Assembly: GCA_963825135.1 (NCBI GenBank)
Contig: CAWGRW010000009.1
Span: 640,001 to 704,000, forward strand
Origin: an uncultured bacterium
GTDB lineage: Bacteria > Desulfobacterota_D > UBA1144 > Nemesobacterales > UBA2774
Length of the DNA stretch: 64,000 nucleotides
Direction: 5' to 3'
Position numbers and translations under genes: made by a program. How positions within the stretch are numbered: the stretch's first letter is position 1; each line of letters opens with the position of its first letter. Positions 39,726 through 53,311 of this stretch are shown in pieces. Below the pieces are notes generated by a model. It was not told the DNA's origin and ran no database searches. It saw only the letters and a program-made list of their open reading frames with translations.

Positions 39726-40598
39726 TCAATCGAGCCTGAACCTGAACGCGACCCACTCGCCCTCCGCCACTTCCTTGTCGAGCTTAAACCCGGCGTCCAC
39801 AAGGCACCTCAGCGCCTCGTCCCTTATTCTGCCGGGGATTCCGGAAACGATCAGCCTTCCCCCTTCGGCAAGTCTCGACTTAAATTCCTCTCTCATGTGG
39901 TATATGGGCTCAAGATACACATTGGCGACGATAAGGTCGTATACGCCGCGCACGCTTTGAATAAAGCCGCAAAAAAACCTTATCTTGCCGGGCACCGAGT
40001 TCCTCTCAGCGTTCTTTCTCGATTCCGAGAGAGCGATAGGGTCCGTGTCGAAGGCCGTCACGTTTCCGATGCCGAGCTTATAGGCGGAGATCGCGAGAAT
40101 CGCGCTCCCGCAGCCGACGTCGAGCATGCTTCCGACTTTCCCCGTCCCGGCGGCTTCCTCGATGAAAGCGATGCAAAGCCTCGTCGTCTCGTGGTGTCCG
40201 GTCCCGAACGCGAGTGAAGGGTTTATTTCGATTACCACCTCTCCGGCTTCGGGCGCGTGTTTCTCCCAGGGCGGCACGATTACGACCTTTTCGCCGGCCC
40301 TTACCTTCGTCAGAACCGTCTTCCAAACCTCCCAGCTCGTACGGTCTATATGCTCGACGCCTAGAGTGACCAGCGTAGCGCCCGTCACGCTGTCCCGGAC
40401 AAACTCCGCAAAGTCCCCGAGGCTGCTCATTACGGACGACAGATCGGTCTCCATCGGAAAGTATGAGGAGATCTCATAGACCCCGTCCTCCTTCACGTCT
40501 TCCGAGACCCCCAGTGAGCCCAGCCCCAGAAGGAAGTCGGAGAAGAGCGGGGCCGAGCTCTCGGACGTCCTGAATCTGATCTTGGATAGCTTGTACAA
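39726..40598 (-). CDS. prmA: ribosomal protein L11 methyltransferase
   Basis: INPSLAFGTGHHETT, LDVGCGSAIL. Confidence 0.9.
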   Translation of the reverse strand: MYKLSKIRFRTSESSAPLFSDFLLGLGSLGVSEDVKEDGVYEISSYFPMETDLSSVMSSLGDFAEFVRDSVTGATLVTLGVEHIDRTSWEVWKTVLTKVRAGEKVVIVPPWEKHAPEAGEVVIEINPSLAFGTGHHETTRLCIAFIEEAAGTGKVGSMLDVGCGSAILAISAYKLGIGNVTAFDTDPIALSESRKNAERNSVPGKIRFFCGFIQSVRGVYDLIVANVYLEPIYHMREEFKSRLAEGGRLIVSGIPGRIRDEALRCLVDAGFKLDKEVAEGEWVAFRFRLD

Positions 40599-40741
40599 TA
40601 ATCCCCCCTGAGGTCAATCCGTATCGTCCATTATAATAACAGAGAAATGCCGACTATATAATTGGCGCACACGGCGTCCCCGACGGGGATACGACGTGCC
40701 GATGCGTCCGATCCGTCCCCTGACCCGATCCCCGGCCTCGT

Positions 40742-40770
40742 TTTACAGTATTTGCCATAAGTGCTATAAT
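40742..40770 (+). promoter_or_regulatory. extended -10 promoter directly before the dksA ATG
   Basis: TTTACA-17-TATAAT with TGn extension; ATG 6 nt later, no SD. Confidence 0.6.
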
Positions 40771-40776
40771 TTTTTT

Positions 40777-41139
40777 ATGGAAAAGCAAAAGCTCAAGCAC
40801 TTCAAGGAAATCCTCATAAAGAAGATGGCAGGCCTCATGGGCATAGCCGAGGGTACCGTCACAATGATGAGCGAAGGCGACGGTACGTTCCCCGACCCGC
40901 TCGACAGGGCGCTCTCGGAGTCCAGCACGACGATAGAGCTTCGGAAAAGGGACAGGGAAAGGAAGCTGATACAAAAAATACAAAAAGCTATCCAGAAAAC
41001 GGAAGACGGGAGTTACGGCGTATGCGAGATATGCGGGGAAGAAATAGCGGAGCACCGGCTCGAAGTAAGACCGGAAACGACGCTCTGCATAAGCTGTAAG
41101 GAGGAGCAGGAAGAGGTCGAGAGGCAATTCGGCATGTAG
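40777..41139 (+). CDS. dksA: RNA polymerase-binding protein DksA
   Basis: PDPLDRA, RDRERKLIQKI, YGVCEICG...CISCK; start moved to ATG 40777. Confidence 0.9.
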   Translation: MEKQKLKHFKEILIKKMAGLMGIAEGTVTMMSEGDGTFPDPLDRALSESSTTIELRKRDRERKLIQKIQKAIQKTEDGSYGVCEICGEEIAEHRLEVRPETTLCISCKEEQEEVERQFGM

Positions 41140-41154
41140 GGAGCGGGCAAAAAT

Positions 41155-41607
41155 CTAATTCCTGCCGAAAACGTACCCGTAGAAAAAATCCTGCTCCGAT
41201 TCACTCACTATAACCCATTTCCCGTTTTCCTTGGCCAGCAGTATCTTTTCTTTAAGATTGAGCCTGTGTTCGCCCTCGTCGTCCAGAGCGTCCACCTGTG
41301 TCTTCTGAAAAACTTCCGCCTTGCCGCCGTCCATGTAGATGGTCCTGTCCGAATTCGTAATATGAACCGAGTCGAATAATTTCGTATTCACCACGAAATT
41401 CTTTTTTATTTCTTCCACCCCGACGACCTTGCCTTTCTTCTCCTGTTTATAGTCGGGCGCGATCAACGTCATGTAGAGACCGACGTCCCCGGTCTCGAAG
41501 GCATGTTTCCTCGCCGACAACACCTCGTCGATAGCCTTATCCTCGCTATTGCCGCAAGAAACGATCAGGCAGGATAATACAAGAAAGAAAAAGAGCGGAA
41601 TTCTCAT
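41155..41607 (-). CDS. lipoprotein, NTF2/SnoaL-like fold
   Basis: Lipobox IVSC; ...LAKENGKWVIV; overlaps the bamD stop. Confidence 0.7.
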   Translation of the reverse strand: MRIPLFFFLVLSCLIVSCGNSEDKAIDEVLSARKHAFETGDVGLYMTLIAPDYKQEKKGKVVGVEEIKKNFVVNTKLFDSVHITNSDRTIYMDGGKAEVFQKTQVDALDDEGEHRLNLKEKILLAKENGKWVIVSESEQDFFYGYVFGRN

Positions 41608-42536
41608 CCCTGTTTCGGCTGTCCCTGTTCTTCCTTTTTTTCTTCCTGAGGGGCAGGAGAAGGAGAAGGAACGGGGGCGGGAGAAGCGGAGGGAGCGGGA
41701 GAAGCAGAAGGAGCGGGGGAAGCAGAGGGAGGAGGAGAAGGCGGCGGAGGCGTTTTTCCCTGTATATCGTTCAGAAGGGAGGTCGCTTTCCCGGCATACT
41801 TCTGATTGGGAAACTCCTGAACGAGGCGGTTCAGGGTCTGACGGGCGAGATCGTACTGGTCCGACTTTGCGTATGCCTTGCCTAATAGAAAAAGGGCCTC
41901 TTCGTATCTCTTCGTATCGTTATAGTCGTTTACGACAACCTGATAACGGCCGGCGGCGGCTTTGTAATTATCGCGTCTCGAATAGAAATTGCCTATGTAT
42001 ATCTCTCTCCGGGCGAGCCGGTCCCTGCATCTGATCGCCCTCTCGCGCGCATCGGGCACGAGCGGGGAATCGGGGTATTTCTCGACGAAGGTATTGAACC
42101 ACTGAAGCGCGAGCCTCGTATTGAGCGGGTCTCTGTCGGGGCTCCTGATTTCCTTATAATAAGACAGGGCGAGCCTGTAGGTCGCGTACGGAGCCTCCGC
42201 GTGGCCGGGATGACGCTTCAGGAATTCCTCGTACTCGATCGCCGCCTGATTATAGTCTTCCTTTTCAAAATAGGCGTCGCCGGTCCTGAGCTCGGCGAGC
42301 GCAGCATAGGGGCTGTAAGTGAACCTCAGCTGAATTTCCTTCAAGTAGGCGAAGATCATATCGTAATCCCTGCTCTTGAATATCCACGGAAAACCGCCCT
42401 TGTCTTCGGTCAGCTCCTTCATGGCCGCGTCATAGAGCTGCTCGTCGGAGAGATCCTTCGGTACCTTTTTTGAACCGCAATTTATTACAAACAGCAGGGA
42501 GACGGTGAGAATAAAGATGGCGAGAATTTTAGTCAT
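41604..42536 (-). CDS. bamD: outer membrane protein assembly factor BamD with Pro-rich tail
   Basis: Lipobox, TPRs, SPDRDP, REIYIGNFY...AAAGRY. Confidence 0.9.
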   Translation of the reverse strand: MTKILAIFILTVSLLFVINCGSKKVPKDLSDEQLYDAAMKELTEDKGGFPWIFKSRDYDMIFAYLKEIQLRFTYSPYAALAELRTGDAYFEKEDYNQAAIEYEEFLKRHPGHAEAPYATYRLALSYYKEIRSPDRDPLNTRLALQWFNTFVEKYPDSPLVPDARERAIRCRDRLARREIYIGNFYSRRDNYKAAAGRYQVVVNDYNDTKRYEEALFLLGKAYAKSDQYDLARQTLNRLVQEFPNQKYAGKATSLLNDIQGKTPPPPSPPPSASPAPSASPAPSASPAPVPSPSPAPQEEKKEEQGQPKQG

Positions 42537-42833
42537 GAAGTCTTATATTATTTAGATAAAAATATCCGTGTCAAGTTTGGCCGCAAATTGACGGAATCTC
42601 GGCTTGAAACAGCGGAGTCGTAATAAGCAGATAAACAACCGATAACAATATACCGGGATTTTAACGGTTTAATAAGGCCGGGAAAATATTAATCTATAAT
42701 AATCAACCCGGCCGGGTCTTTAGGCGAAGGAATCGAGTATTCGGATACCCCCGATTAACGAGTTCAAGAAACACGGACCCATGCGCAACGATTAAGAATA
42801 CAGGAGCCGCCGTATAACTGCGTCAGTTCGATA

Positions 42834-44501
42834 TTACCGAAAGAAGGTGCTCGACGTTGATTTCTTTATCGTCTGAGTCACCCGGTTCGTGATCTTGCAC
42901 GTTGTCGACGTCTCGACCCTGGACTGAAGGTATATGGTCCTTCCTCCGAAGCTGCTCGACAGCGTTTTGCTTATCGCGGCCTTGCCGGTGGAATCCGCCG
43001 TGACGGAGCCTAAAAGGACAGGGCTTTTCAAACCGAGCGATTTCCCCTTGCAGACGCCCGTAGTAATCGACGTTGTTCCCGTAGACGTGGAATAATAGAA
43101 TCTTACGGTCGAGGATTTTCCAGCGCCGGTTACAGTCAATGTATTTTTAACGCTTGCCTTTCCCGGATTAAAACCCGTGAGCGTGCCGCTGCCTGCCGGC
43201 GGGGGCGTTGGGGCCGGAGAAGGGACAGGTGTGGGCGCGGGGGTCGGCGTTGGCGGCGCGCCTGCCGCAGCCAGATCGACCGCGAAATCGGCGTTTACCC
43301 TGCCGCGTCCGAAAAATGTTGAAGACCCTATGTTTTCAGTAGTGTCCCCTATTATCTGATCCACTTCCGCGTTCGTAAGAGTCGGGTCCACCGACCAGAC
43401 GAGCCCCGCGACGCCGCTGACTATCGGCGCCGAAAAAGATGTCCCGGACCAGTAACCGTAAAAGCTGCCCGGGGTGCCGGACGTCCCGACCGCATTATAG
43501 ATACTCACGCCCGGCGCGGCTACGTCCACGAAGCTCCCGTAACTCGAGAAGCTCGCAAGCGCGTCGCCGCTGGTGGTCGCCGATACGGCAATCACGTGAT
43601 TCGCAGCGGCCGGGCACTGGAGATTGCTGTTCCCCGAATTCCCCGCGGAGGCCACGACCAGAACGCCCGCGCTCCATGCCGCATCTATGGCGTCCTGCTC
43701 GGCCTGCGTAACGCCGGACGCCTGGCAATCCCTGCCGAGACTCATGTTTATAACAATTCTCTTCGCAGGATTATCCAAAGCGTAATTACGTATGAACATT
43801 ATCCCCTCTATGGTGTCCGAGAGCGATCCCGAACCGCTGTCGCCGAGCACCTTGACGGGAAGTATGGGACAATTCCAGCATATCCCCGCTACACCGATAC
43901 CGTTGTTCGTCCTGGCGGCGGCGGTACCCGCAACACCGGTACCGTGTCCGTAATTATCGTCGACATTCGTACCGCAGCTGCTTTCCGTAAAAGCGCCTAT
44001 AACGCTGCAGCCCGGAAGCAATTTGCCGGAGATATCCTCGTGGGTCCCTTCCACCCCGGTATCCAGAACGGCGATCACGATATTGGAATCGCCGGTCTCT
44101 GAGTTCCAGGCCTGCGGGGCGTCAATGACGCTTAAGTAATTCTGCAGATTGTAGCTAGGATCGTTGGGGGTTGCATCCGCATACAAAAAATAGTTCTTTT
44201 CGACGTATTCCACGTCGGGATTATTTTCGAGCGCTTGCTGCGCATCCTCAATCGTATCGCCCGGAGCCACCTGTACCACCGACAGCCGGAGATCCGAATA
44301 AGACTTCGTTATGACCGCGCCTCTCGTGCCGAGCAGCGATTCCGCCCTCGATTGCGCGGCGTCGCTTTTCATCTTCACAATGAGCTCGTCCGGTACATAA
44401 TCTTCTTCGGCGCGGGAAATATATGTGACGGATGACGCCAGGAAGAAAAGAAAGAAGTATGCGAAAAACAATCTTGCCGTTAGCTTCTCTAATTTTGCCA
44501 T
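42834..44501 (-). CDS. S8 subtilisin-like serine protease
   Basis: Signal + prodomain; triad VLDTG, GHGTGVAG, GTSFSAP; PT linker and C-terminal domain. Confidence 0.92.
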   Translation of the reverse strand: MAKLEKLTARLFFAYFFLFFLASSVTYISRAEEDYVPDELIVKMKSDAAQSRAESLLGTRGAVITKSYSDLRLSVVQVAPGDTIEDAQQALENNPDVEYVEKNYFLYADATPNDPSYNLQNYLSVIDAPQAWNSETGDSNIVIAVLDTGVEGTHEDISGKLLPGCSVIGAFTESSCGTNVDDNYGHGTGVAGTAAARTNNGIGVAGICWNCPILPVKVLGDSGSGSLSDTIEGIMFIRNYALDNPAKRIVINMSLGRDCQASGVTQAEQDAIDAAWSAGVLVVASAGNSGNSNLQCPAAANHVIAVSATTSGDALASFSSYGSFVDVAAPGVSIYNAVGTSGTPGSFYGYWSGTSFSAPIVSGVAGLVWSVDPTLTNAEVDQIIGDTTENIGSSTFFGRGRVNADFAVDLAAAGAPPTPTPAPTPVPSPAPTPPPAGSGTLTGFNPGKASVKNTLTVTGAGKSSTVRFYYSTSTGTTSITTGVCKGKSLGLKSPVLLGSVTADSTGKAAISKTLSSSFGGRTIYLQSRVETSTTCKITNRVTQTIKKSTSSTFFR

Positions 44502-44768
44502 TAAGCTGTCCCTCCAGATTTACAGATGCAGGCGAACTATAAGCACTAAACCCCACTCTAAAAAGTTGCAATATGCATGCCACCTGCAAGCCATACAAAT
44601 AATGAATATATAATGATGGTTACGACCAATTAACGGGCTGCCTCGAAACGGCGGCAACTAAAAATTGTCACCATGTGCCGTGATTTGTCACTGTTTTCGT
44701 AACTAATATAAATCTCGAGCTTTATTATACTTGAGTGATGCGTACTCATCGCACCTGCGGCCGGATTA

Positions 44769-45824
44769 TCAATCGAGCTTGATCCTGAGCTCCCCGTTAT
44801 CGACATTTATTCCTTTCAAGAGGGCCTGATTCCGCTCGTAATCGCCCTGCGCGAGCTCTATGACGTATGGGAGTATGGAGTTCGAAAGGGAATTGGTGGA
44901 TGTAACCGAAACCAGGGAAGGCATGTTCGTCACGCAGTAATGCGTGACACCCAGGGTTTTATAAACCGGGGAGTCGTGTGTGGTCGGGATGCTCGTCTCG
45001 GAGCACCCCCCCTGGTCTATAGCCACGTCCACGAACACGCTGCCCTGCTCCATGCCGGCGATCATCTCTTTCGTTATCACTCGCGGGGCCCTGGCCCCGG
45101 TCACGAGCACAGCGCCTACTGCTAGATCGGCAGCGCTCAGCTCCTCCGCGATGACCTCCGGGTATGAGGGGAGCGTTCTGACCCTGCCTTCGAAATGCTC
45201 ATAGTAGAACTCGAGCTTCTGATGCTTGTTGTCTATGACCGTCACCTCCGCGCCGAGACCGAGTGCCGAGAGGACGGCGTTAAGCCCTACCGTCCCGCCG
45301 CCTATCACCGTGACCCTGCCGTTCCTCACCCCGGCCGCGCCCGAGAGCAGGACCCCCTTCCCTCCCTTCGACTTCTGGAGGAAATGTACGCCCACCTGGA
45401 CCGAGAGCCTGCCTGCTATCTTGCTCATGGGGACCAGAAGCGGCAGCGAGCCGTCGGGGAGCTCCACGGTCTCGAAGGCTATCGCCCTGCAGCCGCTCTT
45501 CTTCAAGGCCTGGACGAGCTTGTTGTCGGCCGCGAGATGAAGATAGCAAAAGATCGTGTGATGCTTTTTGATTAACGGGTATTCGGCGGGGAGGGGTTCT
45601 TTTACCTTGACTATGAGGGTCGATTTTTTAAATAGCTCTTCTTCAGTGGCAGCGATACGCGCGCCCGCCTTTTTATATTCGCCGTCCGGTATTCCGGTCC
45701 CCGCGCCCGCTTCTTTTTCTACGAAGACCCTGTGCCCGCGCTCGACGAGAACGCGGACTGCCTGCGGGGTGAGAGCGACCCTGTATTCCTGAATCTTTCT
45801 CTCTTTCGGGATGCCGATGACCAT
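44769..45824 (-). CDS. ald: alanine dehydrogenase
   Basis: IGIPKE..QEYRVALTP, KVKEP, PMSKIAGR, DVAIDQGGC. Confidence 0.95.
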   Translation of the reverse strand: MVIGIPKERKIQEYRVALTPQAVRVLVERGHRVFVEKEAGAGTGIPDGEYKKAGARIAATEEELFKKSTLIVKVKEPLPAEYPLIKKHHTIFCYLHLAADNKLVQALKKSGCRAIAFETVELPDGSLPLLVPMSKIAGRLSVQVGVHFLQKSKGGKGVLLSGAAGVRNGRVTVIGGGTVGLNAVLSALGLGAEVTVIDNKHQKLEFYYEHFEGRVRTLPSYPEVIAEELSAADLAVGAVLVTGARAPRVITKEMIAGMEQGSVFVDVAIDQGGCSETSIPTTHDSPVYKTLGVTHYCVTNMPSLVSVTSTNSLSNSILPYVIELAQGDYERNQALLKGINVDNGELRIKLD

Positions 45825-45923
45825 GTGAGACTAGAGAATAGCACCGGGATCGGGATAAGGGAAGACAGTCAAACGATTCATAATGGAATCAAAACGCACA
45901 GATAATTATTTTTCAAAAAAAAC

Positions 45924-46193
45924 TTAAGACAAATGATTTTTGAGCCAGGATTTGCAGGGGATGGGAAGGTTGAGGCTTTCCCATTCGCGGGAGGGTTTTA
46001 GTATCAGGAGGGAATCGTCGGAGTCTATCTTGTCCTTGAGTATCTCGTGCACCTCCGTTATGGAGAGCCCCGTGTTGACGAGCCAGATCGACCGGAGGCA
46101 GTGAATACACCCCCCCAGGGACTCGATCGCCTCGTGAATCTTCTGATAGTCCTTGTCGTGATGGAGCTCATAAGTAATAAGATATACGGACAT
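45924..46193 (-). CDS. small Cas2/VapD-like ferredoxin-fold hypothetical protein
   Basis: YLITYEL...Y..I...I...G.....L.S.WLV...D.DD.LL pattern; strong RBS. Confidence 0.6.
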   Translation of the reverse strand: MSVYLITYELHHDKDYQKIHEAIESLGGCIHCLRSIWLVNTGLSITEVHEILKDKIDSDDSLLILKPSREWESLNLPIPCKSWLKNHLS

Positions 46194-46374
46194 AGGGACA
46201 CCCCCTCTCGAAGATAAAATAATCCATGTAAAGAGATTACAGGAATTATTTATGTTAGGGAATATCCGGACGCATTATGAGCCGGACGTCTGAAGATGCA
46301 AACAAAGAAGATCTTCGACAATTACATATTGTGCTGAGTTCTTGCGTGAAATTAGCGGTAACTTTCAAAACCCC

Positions 46375-49394
<3,020 letters not shown>

Positions 49395-49499
49395 AAGGTA
49401 TGAAAATCACCGCATAATTAAGCACGCTCGATTTACTCAGCACAATATGAAATTGTCAAAGATCCATGCAAATAAACATTTGCTTTGTTTGCAATGTTT

Positions 49500-49573
49500 T
49501 GGAGGTGAGCGGGATCGAACCGCCGACCTCCTGCTTGCAAGGCAGGCGCTCTCCCAAGCTGAGCTACACCCCC
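49500..49573 (-). tRNA. tRNA-Ala(TGC)
   Basis: G3:U70, CCTGC-CT-TGC-AA-GCAGG arm; in rRNA spacer; CCA not encoded. Confidence 0.96.
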
Positions 49574-49637
49574 GATCTAACTATCAATCCGAGAAACTCA
49601 ATAAAGTAAGAATCAAGTATTAGATCAACTATATCGG

Positions 49638-49714
<77 letters not shown>

Positions 49715-49818
49715 GTCAGTTAATCCAACAGGCGACTCCACTTTACTCCGAGAAAGCACCAAAATTTAATAGCAGATAAAGCGAGCAAAAGAACGAGAAA
49801 GCAATTTTTCTCCGTGAA

Positions 49819-51381
<1,563 letters not shown>

Positions 51382-51483
51382 ATCTTATGAAATGATTGCT
51401 TAGCTCTTCTTTGCCCGCTTATCTGCTATTTAATTTTCAAAGATCTGAAATATCTTTTCAGATATTTTGCCAAAGGGACATAT

Positions 51484-51511
51484 AATATAAATGAACAAAA
51501 AAGGATGTCAA
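51484..51511 (-). promoter_or_regulatory. rRNA operon promoter
   Basis: TTGACA-16-TATATT, followed by boxA-like GATCTTTGAAAATT. Confidence 0.7.
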
Positions 51512-51783
51512 GACAATTTGACGATCTTTTTGAAAAACCCTGCAAATCCGAAAACCCGGGGAGAGATTCAGCATCCGAAAATGTTGAATCCACAAGAGCA
51601 CTAAAAGTATCTAACTTGTTAAAACCGGACTCAGACCTTAAGATATAGTATACATATTTCCAGGATAATCAAGTCGGATTTTTACTTATCGGCATTTGCC
51701 CCATTCCGGGTTGAAAGTATTCGTTTTCTGTATTAATTTTATTCCTCGCTCGGAAACGAAAGAAAGAGGACGGTAATAAAAAA

Positions 51784-52935
51784 ATGGGTCTCACAAACGA
51801 ACAGATAAGACGTTATTCAAGACACCTGATAATGCCTGAGGTCGGCGTCGAGGGACAGGAAAAGCTCGTCAACGCGAGGGTATTGTGCGTCGGCGCCGGG
51901 GGGCTCGGCTCGCCGCTCGCCCTTTACCTGGCGGCCGCGGGCGTGGGGCACATGGGGATACTGGACTTCGATGTAGTCGATTTCAGCAACCTGCAGAGGC
52001 AGATAATTCACAGCGAAGAGACCCTCGGGGTGCTGAAGGTCGAATCCGCCAGGGACAGGATCCTCGGGCTTAACTCCGACATCGACGTCAAGACATACAA
52101 CACCATGCTCACGTCCGAAAACGCCATGGACATAATCAAGGATTACGATATAGTGGTCGACGGGACCGACAACTTCGCCACGAGGTACCTCGTGAACGAC
52201 GCCTGCGTGCTGCTCGGAAAGCCGAACGTGTACGGAAGCATATTCCGCTTCGAGGGCCAGGTCAGCGTGTTCGACGCGAAGAGGGGCCCGTGCTACAGGT
52301 GCCTTTACCCGGAGCCCCCGCCCCCGGGGCTCGTGCCCAGCTGCGCGGAGGGGGGCGTGCTCGGAGTCCTGCCGGGCGTAATAGGAACGATGCAGGCGGC
52401 CGAGACCGTAAAGCTGATAATCGGAAAGGGGACTCCTTTGATAGGGAAGCTCCTTTTTATCGACGTGATGGAGATGAAGATAAGGGAGCTTATACTCCGC
52501 AAGGACCCCGACTGCCCGATATGCGGCGAGCACCCGGTAATAAAGGAGCTCATAGACTATCAGGAATTCTGCGGCATAGGGCGAGGGGAAGAGGTCCCGG
52601 GATTCGCCGAGGACGACAGCCTCGAAATCTCCGTCGATGATTTCAACGAGCTGAGGACGAAAAACGGCAAAGCCGTAGTACTCGACGTCAGAGAGCCGCA
52701 CGAATACGAGATATGCAGCCTCGACGGCTCTACCCTCATACCCCTCGGGGAGCTTCCCGAGAGGGTGAACGAGCTCGACACGGCGGACGATATCGTCGTG
52801 TTCTGCCACAGCGGGGGGAGGAGCCTCCAGGCCACGCGGTTCCTGAGAAACATGGGTTTTAAAAAGGTCAGAAACCTGAAAGGCGGCATAGACGCCTGGG
52901 CCGAGAAGTACGACCCGGATATGCCGAGGTATTAG
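51784..52935 (+). CDS. moeB: molybdopterin-synthase adenylyltransferase with rhodanese domain (MoeB/MoeZ)
   Basis: RYSRHL, GAGGLGS, SNLQRQ, CYRC, CAEGGVLG, FCHSGGRS. Confidence 0.92.
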   Translation: MGLTNEQIRRYSRHLIMPEVGVEGQEKLVNARVLCVGAGGLGSPLALYLAAAGVGHMGILDFDVVDFSNLQRQIIHSEETLGVLKVESARDRILGLNSDIDVKTYNTMLTSENAMDIIKDYDIVVDGTDNFATRYLVNDACVLLGKPNVYGSIFRFEGQVSVFDAKRGPCYRCLYPEPPPPGLVPSCAEGGVLGVLPGVIGTMQAAETVKLIIGKGTPLIGKLLFIDVMEMKIRELILRKDPDCPICGEHPVIKELIDYQEFCGIGRGEEVPGFAEDDSLEISVDDFNELRTKNGKAVVLDVREPHEYEICSLDGSTLIPLGELPERVNELDTADDIVVFCHSGGRSLQATRFLRNMGFKKVRNLKGGIDAWAEKYDPDMPRY

Positions 52936-53311
52936 TTCCATTTTCGTCCCTAAAAACCGGGCTTCACACAAACCATGCTCACCGACGGCAATTCGCTTTC
53001 GGCCCTTATATACCGCCGGCGGCGAATTGCCGGTAGTCATGCAGTCGCGCATCCCGGGATACCCGGGGTGATGTTCGCGGATTTCACCTCCGTTTAAATT
53101 CCTCTATTCCCCGTTAGTCCACAACGAGTTTCATCGATTTCAAAATCCCTCCCCGAACGGTCGGGCGGCGAATCTAAAACCGGTAGAGGCACTGCGACCG
53201 CTCGTCAGGGTGTAAACTTACAAGCCGGGGATGTGTTCTATAAATCATTTGACAACAATTTATCCCATGTGAGAAAATAGGACTGCTGGTACAAAGAGCG
53301 GGAGGAATGGA

